NCBI GenBank assembly: GCA_964510105.1 | Contig: CAZEAI010000008.1 | Span: 6,923-70,922, forward strand | Direction of reading: 5' to 3' | Length of the DNA stretch: 64,000 bases | Source: an uncultured bacterium | Lineage (GTDB): Bacteria; Latescibacterota; MWCZ01 | Shown: positions 29,146 to 39,985 of the stretch, piece by piece | Layout: every line of letters begins with the position of its first letter | Position numbering within the stretch: the stretch's first letter is position 1 | Program-made: the position numbers and the translations under genes | Notes under the pieces: model-generated | Databases searched by the model: none | What the model was told of the DNA's origin: nothing | What the model saw: only the letters and a program-made list of their open reading frames with translations

Positions 29146-30657
29146 ATGAACTTCCGCCCGCGCAGCGCTGAACGCCATCTGTGGGACACCTGGTTCTACG
29201 ACAAAGACGGCGAGTATTACCTGTACTATCTCTCGAATCCCCGGGACGCGAACGGCGACTGGCAACCGTGGGACGCGTTCTCCCTCGCCGTCAGCCGCGA
29301 CCTGCTCCACTGGGAGGAGAAGGGCGAGGTGTTCCGGAAATCGGACGACCCGGCCGACTGGGATAGCGAACTCATCACCACCGGCGACATCATCCGGTAT
29401 CAGGGCCGGTACTACATGACCTACCGGGCCACTCAGGACCGCGTGGAGAAGAACAACATCATCGTCTCCGACGACCTGCTGAACTGGGAGCGTATCAGCC
29501 CGTCGCCCGTCCTCGTTACCTGCGCACCCGGTTCGCCGTACGAATCCGACCCCGCACGGACGATCAACGACTACGTCGAGATGCGCGACGTGACAATCAC
29601 CGAACTCCCGGACGGCACGCTCGAAGGGCTGTTCACGGCGCGCGTTGACTCCGGGCCCCATACGGGACGGGGCGTGATCGGGCGCGCGTTCTCCCCGAAC
29701 ATGTCCGACTGGCGGATGACCGAACCGCTCTTCGCGCCGGGGAGATTCAACGTCATCGAAGTGCCGAGTCGGTATGAGCACGACGGAATCCACTACCTGA
29801 TGTACTGCGTGAACGGCTGGCTCGAATCCGCGCTGGAATCGAGCAACTACCCGTCGATTCACTGGTGCACGGGATACGCCGTGTCGCGGCAGTTCGACAC
29901 GGGCTTCGAGTACGTGCCGGACCAGGTCCTCGGCATAGGCGACGCGTACGTCGGGCGGCTCGTCGACGCGGGAGGAGAAACGCTATTCCTCCATCACCTG
30001 TGCGGGGATCGGCCCGCTTTCGCGTTGCCGAAGAGCGTCTCCTTCGCCGACGACGGGACGATCCGGCTTGGCTACTGGCCCGGCATCGACTCGCTCATCG
30101 CGGGCGAGCCGGTGCGCGGATTCTCGACGCTCCGCTTCTTCAAGGACGACGGGAAGGCGGTGTGCTCCGGGGAGATCGGCTCCGACGCCTGCACGCTCGA
30201 CAACGCCGGGGGGTTCGGCGACGCATACCTGGCCGGCAGCTACTCCGACTTCGTGCTGGACGTGGACATCTCCTTCGACCGGTGCGTATCCGCGGGCATC
30301 CTTCTGAACACGGACGTGCCCGCCCGGTCGGCTGCCATGGCGACACTGCACGCGGATCGCGGCGCCTTCCAGGTCGGCAGGTCGCGGAGAGTCTACAACC
30401 ACCTCGCGCCGCTGGATGTCCGCCATGAGTATGTCGATGACGGATTGCGACGCGGCCGCGTGCATCTGAAAGTAGTATCGCGCGCCGAGGGCTTCGACTG
30501 GTATCTCGACGGTGTGCACGTCCTGACCACCATCGACGAGGATCTGCTGGCGGGATCGATCGGCTTCTTCGTCCGCGAGGGCAGCGCCCGGTTCTCGAAC
30601 CTGACGATCGCCGCGCTTGAGCCGGAAGACTGCCCGAATTTGAGGCGGCCATCGTGA
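29146..30657 (+). CDS. GH43/GH32-like beta-propeller glycoside hydrolase with a C-terminal beta-sandwich
   Basis: HLWDTWFYDKDGEYYLYYL... and repeated W/D blade motifs. 503 aa. Confidence 0.5.
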   Translation: MNFRPRSAERHLWDTWFYDKDGEYYLYYLSNPRDANGDWQPWDAFSLAVSRDLLHWEEKGEVFRKSDDPADWDSELITTGDIIRYQGRYYMTYRATQDRVEKNNIIVSDDLLNWERISPSPVLVTCAPGSPYESDPARTINDYVEMRDVTITELPDGTLEGLFTARVDSGPHTGRGVIGRAFSPNMSDWRMTEPLFAPGRFNVIEVPSRYEHDGIHYLMYCVNGWLESALESSNYPSIHWCTGYAVSRQFDTGFEYVPDQVLGIGDAYVGRLVDAGGETLFLHHLCGDRPAFALPKSVSFADDGTIRLGYWPGIDSLIAGEPVRGFSTLRFFKDDGKAVCSGEIGSDACTLDNAGGFGDAYLAGSYSDFVLDVDISFDRCVSAGILLNTDVPARSAAMATLHADRGAFQVGRSRRVYNHLAPLDVRHEYVDDGLRRGRVHLKVVSRAEGFDWYLDGVHVLTTIDEDLLAGSIGFFVREGSARFSNLTIAALEPEDCPNLRRPS

Positions 30658-31003
30658 AGGCGATCCGGTGGGACGGTCTCGGGGGTTGCCGCAGCGGGAG
30701 TAGTTTCGCTCACGTCGGTCGCGACGGCGCATTCGCCGCCACACAACAGATAGACTAGGAGGGATTGGAGGTCTTCGCCGTTGCAGGGAGAGCATTCCCT
30801 CCGTCTGCGCGAGCACGGGCTTCTACTCACGTTCGTGCTTTTCCACGTCCATGCCGAACCGTGTGCCAGACGAGGGATTGACCTGTTGGATGGCCCGACG
30901 GATTTTGAACGCCGCATTCCATACCGAGTTTGCCGACAGGACACCGTAGACGGCCCGCGGGACGGGTTGCATTCCGAGCGCCGCACACAAGGAGGGCAAG
31001 TCG

Positions 31004-31531
31004 ATGAAGAGGCAGCTGTTCTATTCGCTACTGTCCGTGTACATTGCGACCGCCGTCATCACGCTCCTTGGCGTCATCGGCGTCTTCAGTGTGTCGGGCG
31101 GCATACTGGGGACACTTGTCACCGCCCTGCTCGTCCAGACGGCAGGCGCCGTGATCGCTCTCAGCCGCAGTGTGGACGTGTTCGGCGATGACGAGCAGGT
31201 CCTAGCAGCAACAAATGCAGGTCTTGAGCGTGAATTGCGGCAGCTTCGGGGAGAACAGGAAGAACTCTTGGAGGAGTGCAAGCAGGCCAAGGCGGAAAGG
31301 GACGAGCTTGGAGCGGCGCTCAGTGAGTACGACTGCGCTCGAAACGAGGTTTTGGCATTGGTCGGGCCGGGGCCGGTCAACATCGACACGATCTGCTCCA
31401 AGCTGCAAAGTGCTTCGGCGCGGGACAAGGAAATCGTGCTGCAGGTCATCGGTCGACTCGTTGAGGAGGGCAAGATAGAGGCAGACGACAGGTCAAGCAT
31501 CGCCAGAGAGTATCGCCTGAAGGTCTCATAG
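31004..31531 (+). CDS. membrane protein with a coiled-coil region, hypothetical
   Basis: Two N-terminal hydrophobic helices followed by an ELRQLRGEQEELLEECKQAKAERDEL coiled coil. An AAGGAGG RBS is present. Confidence 0.4.
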   Translation: MKRQLFYSLLSVYIATAVITLLGVIGVFSVSGGILGTLVTALLVQTAGAVIALSRSVDVFGDDEQVLAATNAGLERELRQLRGEQEELLEECKQAKAERDELGAALSEYDCARNEVLALVGPGPVNIDTICSKLQSASARDKEIVLQVIGRLVEEGKIEADDRSSIAREYRLKVS

Positions 31532-31754
31532 TATCCCAAGGCGGAGCCCGGATCGATACGACCCGCCTTCATGCGTTGGGCGCGCGCATCTTGCCAAAGC
31601 GCTACTCGCTGCGGGCAGTGACGACGCCGAGCCATCGGCGCGGGGGTCGCCGCGCGGAGGCGCGAGATCGGAACGTGTTCGAGGCCATCACGGAGAGTCC
31701 ACGAATCCTGAGCAGCGATGCCAGACCCGAAACGCACAAGGAAAGGTGTAGTCG

Positions 31755-32570
31755 ATGCTGAACGTGAAAATTGGGTGCCAGCCAATACTCTGGAAGTCAG
31801 GCACATTCGAGGAGATCGCCCACGAGATCGCCGACATCGGCTATGACGGCGTCGAGGCCCCCGTTGCGGCCTACAAGGGAAACGAGGCGGAGCTCCGCCG
31901 CATCCTGGACGAGACGAAGCTCGAACTCGCCTCGACGTATACCGCCGGCTACTACATGGATCCGGCAACGCGGCAGGCGGAGATCGAGAGCACCGTCGAA
32001 ATCGGAAAGATGCTGCCCGATTACGGCTGCCACGTCATGATCAGCGCGCCGCAAGCGATGCAGAAGGACCGGAAGGCGTACACGCTCTGGGAGCATCGCA
32101 TGTTCGCCGAGGCGCTGAACGAGATCGGCCGACGCCTCGCCGAGTACGACGTCGCGCAGGTATTCCACAACCACGCCTGGACGACGCACGAGACACGCCT
32201 CGAACTCGACCTGCTGCTGGCAAACACGGACCCGCGCTACCTGCAGATGGGTTTCGACACGGGACACCTGCGCCTCGGATGGGCCGACCCGGTGGAGATG
32301 TTCCAGCTCTACGGCGACCGCGTCGGATATGTCCATTTCAAGGATTCCTGCGGCCGTGCCGACGTGTGGGACGCCATCAAGAACGACGAGGACTGCTGGG
32401 TCGAACTGGGCAAGGGCGAAGTCGATCTCGAGGGAATCCTCGCCGAGCTGGACAAGCGCGACTACACCGGCTGGCTCACCTACGAGCAGGATCGCTCGAA
32501 GATCCCCGCGCGGGAAGCGGCGACTATCAGCCTGGCCCATGCAAGGGAGCTGGTGGCACGGTTCCAGTAG
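31755..32570 (+). CDS. sugar phosphate isomerase/epimerase (xylose-isomerase-like TIM barrel, IolE-like)
   Basis: 271 aa. The blocks ...DIGYDGVEAP...GFDTGHL...VHFKD match the AP_endonuc_2 / xylose-isomerase-like family. Confidence 0.65.
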   Translation: MLNVKIGCQPILWKSGTFEEIAHEIADIGYDGVEAPVAAYKGNEAELRRILDETKLELASTYTAGYYMDPATRQAEIESTVEIGKMLPDYGCHVMISAPQAMQKDRKAYTLWEHRMFAEALNEIGRRLAEYDVAQVFHNHAWTTHETRLELDLLLANTDPRYLQMGFDTGHLRLGWADPVEMFQLYGDRVGYVHFKDSCGRADVWDAIKNDEDCWVELGKGEVDLEGILAELDKRDYTGWLTYEQDRSKIPAREAATISLAHARELVARFQ

Positions 32571-32671
32571 TGGTCAGACCGGGCCGTGCGTCGTCGGTCC
32601 AGTCGCATATCGCCGGGCGGCGGGATGGTCCCGTTCATCGCGCCGCCTGGATGCGGATTCAGTGGGCAGCA

Positions 32672-34683
32672 TGATTGCATCGACAACCGAGTCACGAAAC
32701 GAGGCAGACGTGAGCAAGGCATCATTCCCGCGCCAGATGGTACATCTGGACTTCCACACTTCGCCGCACATCCCGGACGTGGGGCGCGAATTCCACGCCG
32801 ACGACTTCGCCCGGACCTTCGCCGACGCACATGTCGACAGCGTCACGCTGTTTGCCAAGTGCCACCACGGCCACTTGTACTACGACACCGATCGCGCCGA
32901 ACGGCATCCGACGCTGCGGAAGGGGCTCGACCTCCTAGGCGAGCAGATCGAGGCGCTGCACCGACGCGGCATACGTGCGCCGATCTACGTGAGCGTTCAG
33001 GTCGACGAACACGCCGCGAACACCCATCCGGAGTGGATCGCCGTGGCCCCGGTCGGCGCGAAACTCGTCGGCGGCGGACCGGCCGTTCCGGGCTGGCAGA
33101 TACTCGACATGTCGAGCCCGTATCAGGAGTACTTCGCCGAGCAGCTTGCGGAGGTACTCGGGAAGTTCGCCCCGGTGGACGGCCTGTTCCTCGACATGTG
33201 CTGGGACCAGGTCAGCGTCTCCCGCTGGGCGCTCGACAGCATACGCAGCCGTGGCTACGATCCGCTCGACGCCGAGGATCGCCATCGGTACGCGCGCGAG
33301 GTGAGCCATTCGTACATGGATCGCTTCAAGACCATGATCGATGACGCTCAGGGCCACGGCGAGCCGGCGTACATCTGGTTCAACAGCCGACCGAAGACGA
33401 GTCTGCACGTCGAGAAGAAGTTCCTCCGCCACGTGGAGATCGAGAGCCTTCCGACCGGCGGGTGGGGCTACGCGTATTTCCCGTATGTATCGCGATTCGT
33501 GCGGCCATTCGGTCTGCCGACGCTGAGCCATACGGCGCGTTTCCATCGGAGCTGGGGCGATTTCGGCGGGCTGAAGCCGGAGGCGGCGCTGCTCTACGAA
33601 TGTTGTCTGATGCTCAGCCAGGGCGTCACGAGCGGCGTTGGCGACCAACTCCACCCGCGAGGAGTCCTCGATAGGGCCGCGTACGAGCGAATCGGCAGCG
33701 TGTACCGGTACATCGAATCGTGCGAGCCGTGGGTGGACAACGGCAGGGTGCTGAGCCAGATCGCCGTGATCGTGGACCCGGAACTCGGAGACGACCCCGG
33801 ACCGTCAGGACTGGGCGTTGTCCGGGCGCTCCAGGAACTGCGCCAGCAGTTCGACCTCGTCACCTCCACGGCGAAGCTCGATTCCTACGAACTCGTGATC
33901 GTCCCGGAGACGACTCCCGTCGACGATCGGCTGCGCGAGAAGCTCGCGGCGTACATCAAGGCGGGCGGCGCGCTGATCGTCAGCGGCGCGGCAGCGCTGG
34001 ACGATGCCGGAAAGCCGGTACTCCGGGAGCTTGGCATCCGCGCGGACGGGATGTCGCCGTATTCAACCACGTTCCTCCGCGCCGCTCCCGGACTGGAGCA
34101 CGCGCTGCCGGCGCTGGATCACGTAATGTACGAGCCGGGATTCCGTATGACTCCGGCGCGGGGAGCGCAGGTTCTGTGCCACGTTGTGGAGCCGTATTTC
34201 GAGCGTACATGGGAGCATTTCTGCTCGCACGCGCAGACGCCGCCGGACCACGCCGGCGAATGGGCTGCGGTCGTCCAGCACCGGAACGTGATCACGCTGG
34301 CGGCGCCGATCTTCACCGCGTACGGCAAGCACGCGAGCGTGCCCTATCGCCAGTTGCTCGGCGCGTGTATCGACCGTTTGCTGCCGCGCCCTCTCGTGCG
34401 CGACGACGGCCCGGCTCATCTGGAGACATCCGTGGTGAGGAAGGGGCGCCGGACGATCGTGCATCTCGTCAGTTTCTGCGCGGTGAGGAAAGCCGACGGG
34501 ATGGACATCGTGGACGATCCGTTCCCGCTCGTCGACATGCCACTGGCTGTGCGATACGATAGCGCCCCGCGGCGTGCGCTTCTCGCACCGGCGAACGAGG
34601 AGATTCCGTTCACGTATGATGACGGCTACGCGCATATGAACGTGACGTCGCTGACCGGGCATACGATGGTCGTAATCGAGTAG
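32672..34683 (+). CDS. putative glycoside hydrolase (GHL6-like catalytic domain with a GH42-type trimerisation-like domain)
   Basis: MVHLDFHTSPHIPDVG...FAKCHHGHLYYDTD resembles the hypothetical-glycosyl-hydrolase-6 family. The start is uncertain (32672 ATG or a nearby GTG). Confidence 0.45.
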
Positions 34684-34892
34684 CCGTAGCCGCGGTGGCG
34701 TTCGATGTAGCGCCATGCTCCTATCGCAGGCCACATTCGCGCCGAAAGCGCACTCCGGGCTGGGTTTGCGTATACGTGCGACACCTCCGTTCCTGACTGA
34801 TCACCCATTTGGCTCGCGGACGTTTCCAAGCGATATTGCTCGGCAGGTGTACCTCTGTGCTTGCCGAACCTCCTCGGACAAGGAGTGTGAAC

Positions 34893-35405
34893 ATGTCCCT
34901 CCGCCGCCTGTTCCCGTTCGTCGTCCTCGCGCTCTTGACATCACGCTCCCACGGCCAGGAGGCTTTTCGCGCCGCCCCGGTGGAGGAGCAGATCTCGATT
35001 GTGCAGGACATCGCGATCGCTGAACACACTCCTTCGATCAGAAATGCCTCCGTCACCAAAGACGGCCAGTACGTCGTTTCCCTGGACAACTACAACTACT
35101 ACAGCCTGTGGAGCCTCGGCGACGGCGCCCGGCTTCGCTACGAGTTCCTCGATTACGAGGACTACGAAGCGCAGGCGATGGCGATGTACCCGAACGGGTC
35201 TCATTTCGTCACCTTCGACACCCGATTCTCGGCCGAGACCCAGCGACCGGGCTTCGGCGTGCGTCAGTATCGACCCCACGACGGCAGTCTCGTTCGCACC
35301 CATTCGGGAGATTGGGGCGAACTCGCCGTCTTCGGAACGGTGTGGCGTGCCGCGGCCATCAGCGCCGACTGGCAGTATTTCGCCGGCGCGGTCAGGTCAA
35401 CGTAG
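34893..35405 (+). CDS. N-terminal fragment of a giant WD40/Fn3 T9SS cargo protein (signal peptide plus the first WD40 blades)
   Basis: AAGGAG RBS and signal peptide MSLRRLFPFVVLALLTSRSHG. The WD40-like motifs (TKDGQYVVSL, ISADWQYFAG) continue in the next segment in another frame. Confidence 0.5.
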   Translation: MSLRRLFPFVVLALLTSRSHGQEAFRAAPVEEQISIVQDIAIAEHTPSIRNASVTKDGQYVVSLDNYNYYSLWSLGDGARLRYEFLDYEDYEAQAMAMYPNGSHFVTFDTRFSAETQRPGFGVRQYRPHDGSLVRTHSGDWGELAVFGTVWRAAAISADWQYFAGAVRST

Positions 35406-38400
35406 AGGAGATCGGCTCTATCCCATCAGCGATCGTGATGCGCAAAACCGACGGCGAGGTCGTGTTCCGCTACACCGGCGATCCCGGCGTCGCCCAGGCT
35501 GTGGCGTTCAGCCCGGATGGCCAGTACTTAGCAGTCGGGGGGAATGAGCGGGATTCAGAATCGGGTTTCGTGAAAGTCTGGGAGCTTGCGACGGGCGATC
35601 TCGTACACACGCTCAGCCACGCACGAGTTGTCTATGCCGTGGCGTTCGCGCCGAACAGCGACACGCTCGTCTTCGGCGGCACCGACTTCACCGAGGAACC
35701 GGACACAGTCAAAGTGTGGGACCTCGGGAGCAGCACGCTGGTTCATGCCCTCCCACAGGAAGAACCCTATACGAAGGTCATCACAATCAGCCCGGACGGT
35801 GAAACCATCGTAACCGGTGGTCAGAGCATGGTCAACGTGTTCCGGATGGACGATGGCACGCTCGTCCGGTCGATCCCCGAGGTCCACTCGGCATCGCTGA
35901 AATCACTCTCTCTGGGCCTCGACGCCGAGATCGTGGTGTCGTCGAGCTTCGACGGAACCATCAAGGTGACCGAGTTGGGGTCCGGCCAGATTCTGCGGGA
36001 GATCGGCATCGGCACACTCCGGAGCGCGGTCATCAACTCCGCGGGACGGTATGTGACGTCTGCCAGCGGCGATGGTGCGCTTCGGAAGTGGAATCGATAC
36101 ACGGGCGAGCTGCTCCAGACATCGGTCGAGCGCCACACCGGTCCCATCGGTGCGCTATCGCTGAGGGGCGGAAGGTTGACGTCCGGCGGCGGCGGAATTG
36201 CCAGCTCGCTTCGATCGTGGTACGCTCGTACCCTCCGCCCGCGCGTCGAGTTCCTGGCCGAGTCGCGCACTAGATTCCTCGATGCAGTGGAGACGTATGC
36301 GGTCGATCGGTTCTACTACGTTGCGGCCACGCGTGGACAGGGCATCATGATCTGGGACGGCGAGACCGGCGAACTGGTCCACACTCTCGACGACGGGGCA
36401 ATCGTGGAGGCCGTCGCGGTCACCCCCGGTGGAGAGACGGTAGTCTCGGCGCCACGGGGCGGCAGCCTGAAGTACTGGCGATTGTCCGATGGAGAATTGC
36501 TCCACACCGAGGAGCTGGCGCACAACGATATCGTCGGTGGCCTCGCCATGACAGATGATGGGCAGTACGTGATTTCGGCCAGCATGGACGGCCTCATCAA
36601 GATCTGGCGGCTTTTCGACTACGGCCTGGAAGCCACGTTGACGCATCCGGAGTTGAGCGATGATAAGGGGTTGTTCGGCGTACGCGATCTGGCGGTGAGC
36701 CCGGATGGGCAGTACCTGGCGTGCGGCAGGCACGGCGACCTGTCATCCGTGGAAATATGGCGTATCAGTGACGGTAGCCTCGTTACGTCGGTGACGGGTC
36801 ACCGCGAGCCGATACGCAGCATCGCATTCGACGCCACGGGCAGCACGATCGTCACAGCCGGCGAGGACGACGTGATCTACACGTGGCTCGTGGATCCGCC
36901 GATGGGCATCATCCCGCCATCGAGCCTCGCGATCCAACCACGGTCCGGGCTTCCGGTGACCCCGATAATCCGCGCCACGCTTCACGGAGTCTCGGCCTGC
37001 ACCCTCAGCGTGAACGTCGACCCGACGAAGCTGGTGCCCGCCGAGAACTTCGTACCCGCCAGTGTGTACTCCGCGCAACCCGACGCAGCGGCGTCGTACA
37101 CGGTGGACGGCTCCACCATCACGGCGATAATCTCCGCGGGTCGGCCAGTCTCGCTTGTCAACGGATTCCTGGCGAAGCTTCTGTTCGAGGTCGCGCCGGG
37201 AGCCGAGCCGGGCACGGATGTCGCACTGACCTGGAACGTAAGCGGAACATCGTTAGGCGGCGACGCGCCGGACGAATTCGTCGACGCGGTCTACACGATA
37301 CCCGTGCCGCGCGACACGCGCATCACGGCCCTCTCGCCGGCAAGCGTGGCGGCGGGCGTCCCGAGCGAAGTGGTGATCTACGGCGCCAACTTCACCGGCG
37401 CGACGGAAGTCGCTCTTGTAGACGGTGGGGACGTGCCGATTGCGACATACTATGTCATCAACGACGGTCTCATTCGGGCGGTTCTCCCGGTGACGCTCAC
37501 CGCCGGCTCCTACCAGGTTCGCGTCTCGTCGCCCATCGGAACGTCTACGAGCGTCGAGACCCTCACCGTCACCGAGGCGTCGAGCGATACTCACCCGCCG
37601 GCCGGCGTGACCGATCTCAGCGTCGAATCGTCCACTACCACGAGCCTGCTCGTCCAGTGGACGGCACCCGCGGACACGCTCGACAATCTATCCATCGGCA
37701 CGGACCCGGTAGCGGGGTACGATCTGCGCGTGACGAGCGCGGTGATCGACTCCGAGACCTTCACGAGCCTGCCGCGTGTGCCTCTTTCGCCGCCGAAAGC
37801 TCCCGGCGAGATCGAGTCGGCATGGGTGGGCCCGCTGGAGTCCGGTCGGATCTATTTCGTTGCGCTTGTGAGCACTGACGATTCCGGCAATCGCTCCCAG
37901 ATATCGAATGTGGCCCACGGGATCACGTTGGAGGATACCGAGCCGCCGACCGCGCTGAAGCAGGTCGTAACCGCGATATCGGACGTGCAGGCTACCGTGA
38001 TCGTCGAGTCCGACGAACCGGCGAGAGCAGTGATGAAATTGTTCGAAGCGTTCGGCGGCTTGGCAGATACCATCGTCGTGGCAATCGACGAGCCGGCAAA
38101 GACACTTCGCCTTACAGCGGAGGGGCTCACGCCTTCGACGATATACGGGTACACCGTCGAACTCATCGATGAGCGCGAAAACTCATCCGTCACCACGATA
38201 CGTCCAATCACCACGTTGGCCTTCCCCGACGAGACACCCCCGTCGTTTGTTGTGCCGGTGTTCATGGGCACTCGCGCGGACAACTCCGTCACCCTGGGGT
38301 GGACCGCGAGCGAGCCGGTAACGTCGACGGTGTTGTACGGCGTCACGACCTCATACAGCGACTCGTTCGAGGTGACCGATGCGTCGCTCGCGAATGTCGT

Positions 38401-39985
38401 GAAGATCGAGGGGCTCGAGCCGTTGACGAGCTATCACTTGCAAGTTCGGCTGTACGATCTCGCCGGGAACGGCCCCATATCCAGCGACGACATCGTTCTG
38501 CGCACGCTACGCGATCCGGATGTCTACGCACCACAGTACATCGCGGCCCCGGCCGTCGTCTCGCGCGACTCGACCAGTGTCACGCTGACCTGGGCGACGG
38601 ACGTGCGCACGGAGGCAAGAATCGACTACGGTATGACCGAGGACTACGGCCTCGCGAAGGCCGTCTCCATTCTCGAGACGGCACACTCCGTGGTGCTGAC
38701 GAAGCTGCTCACCGACACCCGCTACTACTATCGCGTGACGGCGATCGACGAGGATGCAGCGGAGACGGCCTCGTCAGGCGGCGTCTTCCGCACAACGGAT
38801 GGACCCGATCTGAACCCGCCGGTGGTGCTGGAAAGTCCGGTGGCCATCGTCGGCACGGATGAAGTGCGGATACGCTACCGCACGGACGAGCCGGCGATGT
38901 CGCTCCTGCTGCTGTACGAGCAGGCGCAAGGCGCGCTGCTTCGCGTGATCCCGCCCGCGCTTGAGTTCACCACGGAGCACGAGGTGTACGTCGGCGGTCT
39001 GGAGCCGGGCAAGACGTACTACTACCACCTGACGCCGTTCGACATGGCGCGGAACGAGCCCATTCTCAGGCTGCGATCATTCCGCACGGCGGAGTCTCCT
39101 GACGAAACGCCACCTGTGTTCGTGGCGGGTCCGGCCGTCGCCTATTCCTCCGATGAGCGCGTGGTGATCCGGTGGCGCACCGACGAAGTCACTGCGGGTG
39201 AGCTTTGGTATCAGGCGGAGGGCGACTCGGTGGCAACGAGCGTCGTCGATCCAACGCTCGACTGGGGCCACCAGGTCACGATCACGAACCTCGAACCCGG
39301 CGCGAGTTTCGATTTCGCCGTCGTCGCGCGGGACATGAACGACAACGAGACGATCGAGCCCACCGGAAGCGTGATCAGCCTCGCCGCTGGAAAGCCCGCT
39401 AGGCTGGCCACCGGCAGGTCGAGTTCGTTCGCCACATCCGCGTCGCCGGACGAAGCGGCGCCGGTGATCCTGACCGGGCCGATGATCGTCGGCAGGAGCA
39501 GCCGGTCGCTATCGGTTGCGTGGAAGACCGACGAGGTCGGCACGAGCGTGGTGCGGTATGGCCGCGTGGCTGACGCGAGCGGGCGACTCGCCCAGGTCGT
39601 CTTCGACGGACAGACCGAAGACGGTGCGTTCGGTCGGGATCATCAGGTGACGCTCACGAACCTGACGCCTGGCGCAACATACCAGTTCGAGGTGGCGTCG
39701 GTAGACCAAGCGGGAAATGCCGAAACGACGTCCTCGCTGGCCGTAGCAAGCACAACCCCGACGGTGGACATTACCGCTCCGCGCATCACGGAGGGTCCGA
39801 ACGTCGACGTGAGCGACGACAAGGCAATCGTGCGCTGGCGCACCGATGAGATCGCCGACAGTGAGGTCAGCTACTGGGTCGGGAGTGATCCGGCAAACAC
39901 GGTGACGATCGGAGAGCGTACCAGGTCGCATGTGGTCGTGCTGACGAATCTGCAGGCGTCTACGGCCTACGAGTTCGTCGTATGA
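35381..39985 (+). CDS. central segment of the giant WD40 + fibronectin-III-like repeat protein (frame-shifted relative to 34893-35405)
   Basis: From QVNVEEIGSIPS onward there are clear WD40 repeats (FSPDGQYLAVGG, VWDLGSSTL...) and then at least 12 Fn3/PAP-N-like modules of about 100 aa each (...YYYRVTAIDEDAAE..., ...YQFEVASVDQAGNAE...). The first roughly 90 codons of the ORF-finder ORF (35108-) are Arg-rich overlap artefact. Confidence 0.55.
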   Translation, partial: RRRGQVNVEEIGSIPSAIVMRKTDGEVVFRYTGDPGVAQAVAFSPDGQYLAVGGNERDSESGFVKVWELATGDLVHTLSHARVVYAVAFAPNSDTLVFGGTDFTEEPDTVKVWDLGSSTLVHALPQEEPYTKVITISPDGETIVTGGQSMVNVFRMDDGTLVRSIPEVHSASLKSLSLGLDAEIVVSSSFDGTIKVTELGSGQILREIGIGTLRSAVINSAGRYVTSASGDGALRKWNRYTGELLQTSVERHTGPIGALSLRGGRLTSGGGGIASSLRSWYARTLRPRVEFLAESRTRFLDAVETYAVDRFYYVAATRGQGIMIWDGETGELVHTLDDGAIVEAVAVTPGGETVVSAPRGGSLKYWRLSDGELLHTEELAHNDIVGGLAMTDDGQYVISASMDGLIKIWRLFDYGLEATLTHPELSDDKGLFGVRDLAVSPDGQYLACGRHGDLSSVEIWRISDGSLVTSVTGHREPIRSIAFDATGSTIVTAGEDDVIYTWLVDPPMGIIPPSSLAIQPRSGLPVTPIIRATLHGVSACTLSVNVDPTKLVPAENFVPASVYSAQPDAAASYTVDGSTITAIISAGRPVSLVNGFLAKLLFEVAPGAEPGTDVALTWNVSGTSLGGDAPDEFVDAVYTIPVPRDTRITALSPASVAAGVPSEVVIYGANFTGATEVALVDGGDVPIATYYVINDGLIRAVLPVTLTAGSYQVRVSSPIGTSTSVETLTVTEASSDTHPPAGVTDLSVESSTTTSLLVQWTAPADTLDNLSIGTDPVAGYDLRVTSAVIDSETFTSLPRVPLSPPKAPGEIESAWVGPLESGRIYFVALVSTDDSGNRSQISNVAHGITLEDTEPPTALKQVVTAISDVQATVIVESDEPARAVMKLFEAFGGLADTIVVAIDEPAKTLRLTAEGLTPSTIYGYTVELIDERENSSVTTIRPITTLAFPDETPPSFVVPVFMGTRADNSVTLGWTASEPVTSTVLYGVTTSYSDSFEVTDASLANVVKIEGLEPLTSYHLQVRLYDLAGNGPISSDDIVLRTLRDPDVYAPQYIAAPAVVSRDSTSVTLTWATDVRTEARIDYGMTEDYGLAKAVSILETAHSVVLTKLLTDTRYYYRVTAIDEDAAETASSGGVFRTTDGPDLNPPVVLESPVAIVGTDEVRIRYRTDEPAMSLLLLYEQAQGALLRVIPPALEFTTEHEVYVGGLEPGKTYYYHLTPFDMARNEPILRLRSFRTAESPDETPPVFVAGPAVAYSSDERVVIRWRTDEVTAGELWYQAEGDSVATSVVDPTLDWGHQVTITNLEPGASFDFAVVARDMNDNETIEPTGSVISLAAGKPARLATGRSSSFATSASPDEAAPVILTGPMIVGRSSRSLSVAWKTDEVGTSVVRYGRVADASGRLAQVVFDGQTEDGAFGRDHQVTLTNLTPGATYQFEVASVDQAGNAETTSSLAVASTTPTVDITAPRITEGPNVDVSDDKAIVRWRTDEIADSEVSYWVGSDPANTVTIGERTRSHVVVLTNLQASTAYEFVV

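Noticed and set aside
31755-34683. Gene fusion suggested by ORF 32329-34683 overlapping the isomerase gene
   Set aside because: The overlap comes from an upstream out-of-frame extension of the ORF-finder call. The GHL6-like protein most likely starts at about 32672, after the isomerase stop at 32570.
35108-35392. First roughly 95 codons of the ORF-finder ORF 35108-39985
   Set aside because: The Arg-rich sequence overlaps the clear WD40 coding frame of 34893-35405. The genuine protein sequence only begins near 35393, after the inferred frameshift.
39983-39985. In-frame TGA as selenocysteine or reassigned codon
   Set aside because: Neighbouring genes terminate normally at TGA. The position is a variable linker residue of an extracellular Fn3-like repeat. 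No convincing SECIS-like hairpin follows. A nonsense mutation or sequencing error is more likely.
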